DNA from: Candidatus Ratteibacteria bacterium
Lineage (GTDB): Bacteria > Ratteibacteria > UBA8468 > B48-G9 > DTJG01
Direction of reading: 5' to 3'
DNA: 25,823 nucleotides
NCBI GenBank assembly: GCA_049971295.1
Contig: JBMFLH010000024.1
Span: 1-25,823 of the forward strand
Below are positions 1 to 7,440 of this stretch, piece by piece; the stretch's first letter is position 1; each line of letters opens with the position of its first letter. Below the pieces are notes generated by a model. That model was not told the origin of the DNA and did no database searches. It was given only the letters and a program-made list of their open reading frames with translations. Position numbers and translations under genes: made by a program.

Positions 1-205
1 CAGAAGCATTATGAACAATTAGCGAAGGCGCAGCAACAAAACAAGGATAAAAGCAACTGCGTTCCGCAATGTCCTTACCCCTGCCTGTCTGAAGCCTTCG
101 CAGTATGTAAATGTATACCAAGAAGGCAAGTTTGCAGGGGTGCGGATTTATCCGTAGTTTTGTCTGCGCCGTAGAGTGTGTGAATAATGCTTCTGTCTTT
201 CCGTC
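1..205. repeat. Palindromic MITE/REP-like element, copy 1 (probably truncated at window start); predicted long imperfect hairpin
   Basis: Nested inverted segments: 1-12/184-195, 27-33/164-170, 36-42/157-163, 45-51/147-153, 63-68/141-146, 78-84/134-140, 94-99/122-127, 103-106/115-118. Positions 130-205 are the reverse complement of 25748-25823 with one mismatch. Begins 3 nt after the ferritin stop on the minus strand. Confidence 0.85.
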
Positions 206-208
206 TCT

Positions 209-697
209 TCATTGTTCTCTTTTCCCCAGCTCCCTGTCAAGCATTACAATTGCAGGTCCTTGCTCTTTTATCATCTTCAGTGTCTCAAGAATCTGAGAAG
301 CATTTTTCTCTTCTTCAACCTGCTCATTCACAAACCATTGAAGCATCAGCATTGCAGGATTGTCGCCTGCCTTTTGAGCAAGGCTGACAAGGTTATTTAT
401 CATTGCTGTCACCTTTTTCTCATGCTCAAGGGTTTTTTCAAAAATGTCAGTTACAGAAGCAAAATCAGTCGGTGGCTGGTCAATAGCAAGGAGTTTTATC
501 TCTGCACCAATATCAACCATGAATTCAAAAAATTTCATAGCGTGGCTTACTTCTTCTTTTGCCTGAATTTTTAGCCAGCGAGCAATCCCTGGCAGGTTTT
601 TGCTTTCGCAATACGCTGCCATGCCCAGATAAAGATAGGCAGAATACAACTCATTTCTTATCTGCTCATTCATTGCTTTATGCAAATTCTTTTCCAT
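209..697 (-). CDS. ftnA: Non-heme ferritin
   Basis: 162 aa; NEQIRNELYSAYLYLGM, EEVSHAMKF, HE and WFVNEQVEEE ferroxidase-centre motifs; strong RBS (AAGGGAGGA) upstream. Confidence 0.93.
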   Translation of the reverse strand: MEKNLHKAMNEQIRNELYSAYLYLGMAAYCESKNLPGIARWLKIQAKEEVSHAMKFFEFMVDIGAEIKLLAIDQPPTDFASVTDIFEKTLEHEKKVTAMINNLVSLAQKAGDNPAMLMLQWFVNEQVEEEKNASQILETLKMIKEQGPAIVMLDRELGKREQ

Positions 698-709
698 TTT
701 CCTCCCTTG

Positions 710-1924
710 TTATGCTCCAAATTTGTCAAATTTTAAAGCATTCGCAAGTAAAATATACATAACATTTGTTGCTGGTATGGTTCCGAGCATACCCTTTGCG
801 CACGCCCTTTCTGTAAATGTGTCGACATTGTCTGAGATAGCATTTTTTGAAACAATTGCCAGTGGTACTGGATGCCAGGAATGCCCTTTCAAAACACTCG
901 GTGTTGAATGGTCTCCTGTTAAACAAACCACTTCAAATTTTAAATGCTTGATCTTTGAAATTTTTTCATCAAACTCTTCAATTGCTGCAACCTTTTTTTC
1001 AAAATTACCGTCTTCCCCTGTGCTGTCGGTCTTTTTATAGTGAAGATAAAAGAAATCGTATTCGTTGTAAAGGTCGTTAAGAGCCTTTATTTCGTCATCA
1101 ATACTTTCAAGCCCCCTGATTACATCCATTCCCACAAGTTTCGCAAGCCCTTTGTACATGGGATAACTTGCAATACATGCTGGTTTCAAAAGGTATCTAT
1201 GCTGGAATGGTTCTATTTCAGGGATACCAGAAAATCCTCTTAATAAAATGGTCTTTGCTTTAGTATCCACATCTGCCAGTATCTGTTCAACCTTTGCAAT
1301 AAACTCGTTCAGCACTTCTGCAGTAAATTTTGCCCGCTCATTTAAGGCAGTTATTCTTCTGATAGCAAGCCCTTCTTTTTGCGGGTCATTTTCAGTAACA
1401 TCAGGAGAAAGATTTTCTCCTCTCAACAGAATTGCAAGTCGATGTTCTTTTACTGTTTGAATGATAATCTGAACATTTTTGATGCTCTTGATTTTTTCCT
1501 GAATTCTATTAACAAGGTCTTTGTTTTCTTCTGTTGAAATTCTTCCAGCCCTTCTATCAAGCACAATGTGATTTGCATCTATGGTTGCAAAATTACCTCT
1601 GATGGCAAGGTCGTTCTTCTCCATTTCCATTCCTATACCCAGAACTTCAAGCACGCCCCTGCCTATCTGATGCTCAATAGGGTCATATCCAAAAAGAGAT
1701 AGATGCGCAGGTCCACTGCCTGGTGTAATACCATATAGCACAGGGATCGACAATCCGCACATACCTGATTTTGCCAGCGCATCAAGATTGGGCTTTTTGG
1801 CTGTTTCTAATTCTGTAAGACCGGTTTCAGGATGAGGAAGTCCGCCAAGGCCATCCATCACAAGCAGAAGAATCTTATTTTCATTTTTCTTTATAACGTT
1901 TTTTAGTATTTTTTCAAATTCCAT
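710..1924 (-). CDS. apgM: 2,3-bisphosphoglycerate-independent phosphoglycerate mutase, archaeal (ApgM) type
   Basis: 404 aa; MDGLGG, PGSGPAHLSLFGYDP, GRGVLE, RGNFAT, DRRAGRI, TGDHSTP and HSWHPVP motifs; GGAG RBS. Confidence 0.92.
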   Translation of the reverse strand: MEFEKILKNVIKKNENKILLLVMDGLGGLPHPETGLTELETAKKPNLDALAKSGMCGLSIPVLYGITPGSGPAHLSLFGYDPIEHQIGRGVLEVLGIGMEMEKNDLAIRGNFATIDANHIVLDRRAGRISTEENKDLVNRIQEKIKSIKNVQIIIQTVKEHRLAILLRGENLSPDVTENDPQKEGLAIRRITALNERAKFTAEVLNEFIAKVEQILADVDTKAKTILLRGFSGIPEIEPFQHRYLLKPACIASYPMYKGLAKLVGMDVIRGLESIDDEIKALNDLYNEYDFFYLHYKKTDSTGEDGNFEKKVAAIEEFDEKISKIKHLKFEVVCLTGDHSTPSVLKGHSWHPVPLAIVSKNAISDNVDTFTERACAKGMLGTIPATNVMYILLANALKFDKFGA

Positions 1925-1943
1925 GGTTGAACTCCAGAAAAGA

Positions 1944-1972
1944 TTGATAAATTATTGTTTTTAGGGTACTAT
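1944..1972 (+). promoter_or_regulatory. Putative sigma70 promoter for the rsmI-led gene run
   Basis: TTGATA (1944-1949), 17-nt spacer, TACTAT (1967-1972). Confidence 0.55.
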
Positions 1973-1991
1973 AAATATGTGATAATGTCAA
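1963..1991 (-). promoter_or_regulatory. Putative sigma70 promoter for apgM-ftnA
   Basis: Minus strand: perfect TTGACA (1991-1986), 17-nt spacer, TACCCT (1968-1963; keeps TAnnnT). Confidence 0.55.
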
Positions 1992-2045
1992 AATTTGGGG
2001 ATTTGAATCTCTTGTGCATTTAATGCCGGAAAGGGAATAATAAGG

Positions 2046-2714
2046 ATGCTTTTTATAGTGGCAACTCCCATAGGAAATCTTGAAGATATTACCTTCAGGG
2101 CACTGAATGTTTTGAGAACTGTTGATTTTGTTGTTTCAGAAGATACCAGGGAAACAAAAAAATTGCTCAATTACTTCCAGATTCAAAAGCCATTAATCAG
2201 TTATTATAGAGGGTGTGAAAAAAGCAGGTCTTACTATATTATGAAACTATTAAATGATGGTAAAAGCATAGCGCTTGTGTGCGACAGGGGAACACCAGGC
2301 ATTTCAGACCCCGCCCACTATATCGTGAGAAGATGCCTGGATGAAGGAATCAGGGTTGTGCCTGTGCCAGGACCCTCTGCCTTAATGGCTGGGCTTTCAG
2401 TTTCTGGAGAAGCTCTGGATGCTTTTTCTTTTTATGGATTTCTGCCAAGGAAGAAAAATAAAAAAATTGAATTTTTCAAAAAAATTGGAGAAAAACAAGA
2501 AACCATTGTTTTTTTTGAATCAGTTCACAGATTTATGGAAACACTGGAAATTCTTAATCAATTGTTTCCAGAAAGGCGACTTGTCGTGTGCAGGGAACTA
2601 ACAAAAAAATTTGAAGAAATTGTTGCTGGTTCTGTGACCCAAATGTACAATAAATTTAAGCAAATCACAGTAAAAGGTGAATTTGTTCTCATTCTTGGAG
2701 GAAAACAATGTTGA
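2046..2714 (+). CDS. rsmI: 16S rRNA (cytidine1402-2'-O)-methyltransferase
   Basis: LFIVATPIGNLEDITFRA, EDTR, GTPGISDP, PVPGPSA, FYGFLP, RELTKKFEE and KGEFV motifs. Confidence 0.95.
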   Translation: MLFIVATPIGNLEDITFRALNVLRTVDFVVSEDTRETKKLLNYFQIQKPLISYYRGCEKSRSYYIMKLLNDGKSIALVCDRGTPGISDPAHYIVRRCLDEGIRVVPVPGPSALMAGLSVSGEALDAFSFYGFLPRKKNKKIEFFKKIGEKQETIVFFESVHRFMETLEILNQLFPERRLVVCRELTKKFEEIVAGSVTQMYNKFKQITVKGEFVLILGGKQC

Positions 2715-3415
2715 TGAAATGGTTCAGGAAAAAAAGAAATTTCAGAATGGTTATGATTGTGACTGCGGCGTTGGTAATTCCTGGGTTCATCATATGGGGT
2801 GTAAGCATTTCAGGCACCGATAAAAGGTATCTGGTGGCAACCGTAAACAAAGAACCAATTTATCAGAACGAGTTTTATAGAACTCTTGAAGAAATACGAC
2901 AACAATACAGAGACATTTTGAAGGACAATTATGCAAAACTTATCAATGAAACAGAACTTGAAAAAATGGTTCTCAACAGGATGATACAGGAAAAATTGCT
3001 CGAACAGCTTTATCGTAAGCATCACATTAGGGTAAGAGATTCAGAAATCCTGGACGTGATAAAATCTGAACCGTCATTCAAAAACGAAAAAGGACAGTTT
3101 GATGAAGCAAAATTCAGAGCATATTTTTCCCGTATTTCCCCTGAAAAAACAAAAGAAATTGAAAATCAGATAAGAAATACCATCAAATATCAAAAACTTA
3201 AACAGGAAGTCCTGTCAGAAACAACAATTGTGGTGTCAGACCAGGAAGTAAAATCCCTGATGGGCGAAAAGATGGATCAAAATAAATTCCAGGATATTAA
3301 ACGATATGTTCAGGCACAGAAAGAAGATCAGTATTTTCAGCAGTGGCTTGAGAAACAAAAAAATAAGGCAAAGATTGAGATTTTTTTGAACCTTGATAAA
3401 AAGGTAAACTCATAA
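2708..3415 (+). CDS. Membrane-anchored SurA N-terminal-domain protein (PpiD/PrsA-like chaperone, no visible PPIase domain)
   Basis: Basic N-terminus then a hydrophobic helix (VMIVTAALVIPGFIIWG), VATVNKEPI and PSFKNEKGQFD, typical of PpiD/SurA_N; C-terminal WLEKQKNKAKIEI as in SurA/PrsA. Start could be 2714. Confidence 0.75.
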   Translation: MLMKWFRKKRNFRMVMIVTAALVIPGFIIWGVSISGTDKRYLVATVNKEPIYQNEFYRTLEEIRQQYRDILKDNYAKLINETELEKMVLNRMIQEKLLEQLYRKHHIRVRDSEILDVIKSEPSFKNEKGQFDEAKFRAYFSRISPEKTKEIENQIRNTIKYQKLKQEVLSETTIVVSDQEVKSLMGEKMDQNKFQDIKRYVQAQKEDQYFQQWLEKQKNKAKIEIFLNLDKKVNS

Positions 3416-3417
3416 AA

Positions 3418-4827
3418 ATGGAAACAAAAAAAGATACTCTTCAATACGAAATATATCTTCTGGATGTAATATGCAGGGGGCTGCAGGCAACATTAAATGT
3501 GGACAAAATCATCCATATTGTCCTGACAGGACTTACAGCAGGCGCTTCACTTGGTTTCAGCAGAGCGGCAATATTTTTTATCAATGAAAGCGGTATCTTG
3601 CACAGTGGCAGAGGTATAGGTCCATACGACCAGAATGAGGCAGGACAAATATGGTCGGACTTAACAAATTCTGAAGTAACACTTGACGAGATGTTTGAAA
3701 ACAGCCATAGAAAAACGCTTGAAAGCCAAAGATTTCCTGTGGAAATCAAGTCCGTCAGGTATGATCTTGCAAAACTTCCTGTCAATAGCCCTTTAAGAAA
3801 AGTGATTTATGACAATGAAATTGTATTGCTGAAAGGCGATGAAAGGTTTCTTGTACCCGAAGAGTTTCACTGGTTTGTAAGGCATGCAACACAGGTGGTA
3901 ATTGCACCAATTACCATATCAGGAAAAATTTCAGCTGTGGTGTTTGCTGATAATGCCTTTCATTATAAAGACATCAGTCCTGGCATGATATCATTCCTTT
4001 CCATTGTACTCAATCATACAGGTCTTGCCCTGAGCAATGCCTTTGCTTATGAGTCGACCAGACACAATCTTGAACAGGTTCAACAATTAAATGAAAAACT
4101 CAGGCAGGTACAGGAAGAACTTCTGGCGTGCGAAAGATTTGCTGCGGCAGGAAGAATTTCCACATATCTTGCGCATGAAATCAGAAATCCCCTTGCAACC
4201 ATTTGTGGGTTTGCCAGACAGATTCTTGAAATAGCCAAAGAAAAACATACTGACCCAAGGATTGCCAGGAACGCAAAGATTATTGTCAATGAGGTGAGAA
4301 GACTTGAACTTGTGTTGAATAATCTGTTAAGATTTTCTTTCAAACAGCCGGTAAAAAAACAAAATATTCATCTACTCAGTTTTCTTAACGAACTGTTGGA
4401 GGTTCTATCAATCAGCATTGAAGACAATGGAATTCATCTTAAACTTGATGTTCCGCAGCATATCTATATTTATGCGGACAGTGTGCAGTTGAGTGAGGTT
4501 TTTTACAATCTTATCCATAATGCCATTGAAAGTATGAAACATGGTGATTCCTTAATAATAAGAGCGGGCGAAGAGGACAGATATGTCTGGGTGGAAGTTA
4601 TTGATACAGGTTATGGAATACCACCTGATGTGCTTGAACAATTATTCAAGCCATTTTTCACCACAAAATCTCATGGAATAGGACTCGGGCTCCATCTGGT
4701 GAAAACAATTATAGAAGAAAATCATGGAGGAAAAATTGAGGTTGACTCCATGATGAATGTCGGAACAAAAATCCGCTTTCAAATTCCCAAACAGGAGGTG
4801 GAGAGTGAAAACAATACTGCTGATTGA
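3418..4827 (+). CDS. Cytoplasmic sensor histidine kinase with an N-terminal GAF-like domain
   Basis: H-box LAHEIRNPL, N-box NLIHNAIES, G1 DTGYGI, F-box FKPFFTTK, G2 GIGLGL; GAF-like FSRAAIF...VIAPI...AVVFADN; no obvious transmembrane helix. Confidence 0.9.
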   Translation: METKKDTLQYEIYLLDVICRGLQATLNVDKIIHIVLTGLTAGASLGFSRAAIFFINESGILHSGRGIGPYDQNEAGQIWSDLTNSEVTLDEMFENSHRKTLESQRFPVEIKSVRYDLAKLPVNSPLRKVIYDNEIVLLKGDERFLVPEEFHWFVRHATQVVIAPITISGKISAVVFADNAFHYKDISPGMISFLSIVLNHTGLALSNAFAYESTRHNLEQVQQLNEKLRQVQEELLACERFAAAGRISTYLAHEIRNPLATICGFARQILEIAKEKHTDPRIARNAKIIVNEVRRLELVLNNLLRFSFKQPVKKQNIHLLSFLNELLEVLSISIEDNGIHLKLDVPQHIYIYADSVQLSEVFYNLIHNAIESMKHGDSLIIRAGEEDRYVWVEVIDTGYGIPPDVLEQLFKPFFTTKSHGIGLGLHLVKTIIEENHGGKIEVDSMMNVGTKIRFQIPKQEVESENNTAD

Positions 4828-5161
4828 GGACGAAACAAACCAGAGAATTCTCTGCACAGAAACCCTTGAAAAAGAAGGCTATCAGGTCATCGCTGCATCA
4901 AATGGTGAGGATGGGTTAAATCTTTTGAAAAATAATGATGTTCATCTTGTTATTGTTGACATCAGAATGCCAAAAATGAGCGGGCTTGAAACGCTTGCCA
5001 ACATTCTCGGGCAGAGAAGAAATCTTCCTGTTATTATTTACACTTCGTATCCGCAATATAAAACAGATTTTATGAGCTGGGCTGCAGATGCCTATATTAT
5101 CAAAAGTTCCACGGGTTTAAGTGAACTTGTTAACAAGGTTAAGGAGTTAATCGGTGCCTGA
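4805..5161 (+). CDS. Single-domain (CheY-like) response regulator
   Basis: GTG start at 4805 after AGGAGG; ILLIEDE, phospho-acceptor VDIRMP, conserved T (IYTS) and K (YIIKSS); no output domain. Confidence 0.88.
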   Translation: MKTILLIEDETNQRILCTETLEKEGYQVIAASNGEDGLNLLKNNDVHLVIVDIRMPKMSGLETLANILGQRRNLPVIIYTSYPQYKTDFMSWAADAYIIKSSTGLSELVNKVKELIGA

Positions 5162-6371
5162 AAAAGAAAAAATACTTACCCTGATTCTTGCTGGCGGTAA
5201 GGGAGAAAGATTGTATCCCCTGACAAGGGACAGGGCAAAACCATCGGTGCCATTCGGAGGCATTTATCGCATCATAGATTTTACTCTGAGCAATGCCATC
5301 AACTCAGGGCTTAGAAAGATTTATGTACTCATACAATACAAGTCCTATTCCCTTCAACGGCATATTAGAGAGGGATGGAATATTTTTAGCAGGGAACTTG
5401 GAGAATTTATTGATGTAATTCCTGCACAGATGAGGATAGGAACTGACTGGTATCTGGGAACAGCGGACTCTGTGTTTCAGAATATCTATTTTCTCAGCCA
5501 GGAAAAACCCGACCTTGTCCTTATTCTTTCAGGAGACCATATTTACAAGATGGACTATCAAAGGATGATTGAATTTCACAAACAAAAAAACGCTGACCTG
5601 ACGATAAGCGTATTTGATGTCCCTATACAGGAAGCAAAAAGATTCGGAGTACTGGAGGTGAACGAAAAACAGGAAGTGATCAGCTTTCAGGAAAAACCAG
5701 AAAACCCAGTTCCTTCACCTGATAAGCCTGATATGTGCCTGATATCCATGGGTATTTATCTGTTTAATACTGAAACACTTGTGCGCCGTATTATTGAGGA
5801 TGCGAAAAAACCGGATAGTACCCATGATTTTGGAAAAGATGTGATACCTGCAATGATTGGTAAGGATAAAGTATTTGCGTTTCCTTTCACGGATGAAAAC
5901 CGAAAAGAAACAAAATACTGGAAGGATATCGGAACCATAGAGGCATACTATGAAGCAAACATGGATTTGGTGAGCGTGGAACCAGTGTTGAACCTTTATG
6001 ATACTGAATGGCCCATTCGCACGTTCCAGGAACAACTTCCTCCTGTGAAGACCGTGTTTTCTCTTGGGGAAAGAACGGGTATGGTTCTTGATTCAATCAT
6101 TGGAGGAGGATGCATCATCAGTGGTGGAAAAGTTTACAAGAGTGTGTTATCTCCATGGGTCAGAATCAATAGTTACGCAGAAGTAAGCGAATCAATCCTT
6201 CTGGACAGGGTAAATGTGGGAAGATACTGTAAAATCAGGAGAACCATCATTGATAAAAATGTCGTGGTTCCGCCGGGTACTATTATTGGATATGATGCCT
6301 CTGAGGATAAAAAACGATTTGTCGTAAGTGAGACAGGAATTGTCGTAATTCCAAAAGATTATCAATGGTAA
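5154..6371 (+). CDS. glgC: Glucose-1-phosphate adenylyltransferase (ADP-glucose pyrophosphorylase)
   Basis: LAGGKGERLYPLTRDRAKPSVPFGG, WYLGTAD, LSGDHIYKMDY, FQEKP, SMGIY, HDFGKDVIP, YWKDIGT; GTG start. Confidence 0.96.
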   Translation: MPEKEKILTLILAGGKGERLYPLTRDRAKPSVPFGGIYRIIDFTLSNAINSGLRKIYVLIQYKSYSLQRHIREGWNIFSRELGEFIDVIPAQMRIGTDWYLGTADSVFQNIYFLSQEKPDLVLILSGDHIYKMDYQRMIEFHKQKNADLTISVFDVPIQEAKRFGVLEVNEKQEVISFQEKPENPVPSPDKPDMCLISMGIYLFNTETLVRRIIEDAKKPDSTHDFGKDVIPAMIGKDKVFAFPFTDENRKETKYWKDIGTIEAYYEANMDLVSVEPVLNLYDTEWPIRTFQEQLPPVKTVFSLGERTGMVLDSIIGGGCIISGGKVYKSVLSPWVRINSYAEVSESILLDRVNVGRYCKIRRTIIDKNVVVPPGTIIGYDASEDKKRFVVSETGIVVIPKDYQW

Positions 6372-6387
6372 TTAAAAAGGGGAAAAC

Positions 6388-7416
6388 ATGCCAGAATTGA
6401 GAAAGGATCCAGTCATAGGCAGATGGGTAATCATCGCCACAGAAAGAAAGCTCAGACCATCAGATTATGCTGAAATGTGTCCAACTGTGGAAGAAGAAAA
6501 ATCGCCATTCTGTCCCTTTTGTCCGGGAAACGAAACAAAAACCCCGCCAGAAATATTTGCAATAAGAGAAAACAATTCCCAGCCCAACACTCCTGGATGG
6601 CTGGTAAGGGTTGTTCCGAATAAATACCCGGCATTAAAGATTGAAGGTAACCTTGACAAAAAGGGAGTGGGTATTTTTGATAAAATGAACGGAATTGGTG
6701 CACATGAAGTGATTATTGAAACCTCCCAACATAATCAACAGATGCACGATTTTGACACAGCACATCTTGAAAAGGTCATTCACACTTATCAAATTCGCAG
6801 CCTGGATTTGAAAAATGACCCAAGATTGAAATATAGTATGATATTCAAAAATTATGGGAAAGAAGCGGGTGCTTCTCTTCATCACTCCCACACTCAATTA
6901 ATTGCAACACCCGTCACACCAAAAAGAGTAAAAGAGGAATTGAAAGGAACTCAGTGGTATTACGATTATAAGGAACGATGCATTTTCTGCGACATTATAG
7001 AGGACGAAATCAGCCGTGGAGAAAGGGTTGTAGCAATGAATAAAGATTTTATTACAATCGTTCCCTATGCATCAAGATTTCCGTTTGAACTGTGGATTCT
7101 TCCATTAAAACACAGGGCTGATTTTGATTCTATCAGTGATTCAGAAAGACCGGGTCTTGCAGAAATGCTTGGTTCAGTTTTAAAAAAGTTAATGAAGGGT
7201 TTATGCAATCCGCCATACAATTTTATATTTCATACGGCTCCCAATAGATTTGCCCATCCTGGCTACTGGCAGACCATAGATAAGGATTATCACTGGCACA
7301 TTGAAATTATGCCGCGATTGACAAGACCTGGTGGTTTTGAATGGGGCACAGGTTTTTATATAAATCCCACGCCCCCTGAAGAAGCAGCGCAGTTTCTCAG
7401 AGACCTCGTGGTCTAA
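6388..7416 (+). CDS. galT: GalT-family nucleotidyltransferase (galactose-1-P uridylyltransferase-like; possibly ADP-glucose phosphorylase)
   Basis: MPELRKDP, CPFCPGNE, VPNKYPAL, GAHEVIIE, KNYGKEAGASLHHSHTQ (HxH nucleophile motif), YHWHIEI, GFEWGTG. Confidence 0.88.
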   Translation: MPELRKDPVIGRWVIIATERKLRPSDYAEMCPTVEEEKSPFCPFCPGNETKTPPEIFAIRENNSQPNTPGWLVRVVPNKYPALKIEGNLDKKGVGIFDKMNGIGAHEVIIETSQHNQQMHDFDTAHLEKVIHTYQIRSLDLKNDPRLKYSMIFKNYGKEAGASLHHSHTQLIATPVTPKRVKEELKGTQWYYDYKERCIFCDIIEDEISRGERVVAMNKDFITIVPYASRFPFELWILPLKHRADFDSISDSERPGLAEMLGSVLKKLMKGLCNPPYNFIFHTAPNRFAHPGYWQTIDKDYHWHIEIMPRLTRPGGFEWGTGFYINPTPPEEAAQFLRDLVV

Positions 7417-7440
7417 CATTAATAACCGAAAGGAGTAAGG

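Noticed and set aside
1..205. Firm call as 6S RNA or CRISPR repeat
   Set aside because: A near-identical second copy and the absence of a recognisable 6S sequence motif argue against calling 6S without an Rfam search; there is no repeat-spacer periodicity or cas gene.
111..387. Short plus-strand ORFs (61 and 66 aa) starting in the hairpin element
   Set aside because: No clear RBS or recognisable motif; mostly antisense to ferritin and not transposase-like.
1942..1987. Fur-box-like TGATAA/GATAAT half-sites upstream of apgM-ftnA
   Set aside because: No proper 7-1-7 palindrome; the region is AT-rich and the motifs overlap predicted promoter elements.
4757..4804. Longer N-terminus of the response regulator from ORF start 4757
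   Set aside because: The receiver fold begins at KTILLIED, and the GTG at 4805 has an AGGAGG RBS.
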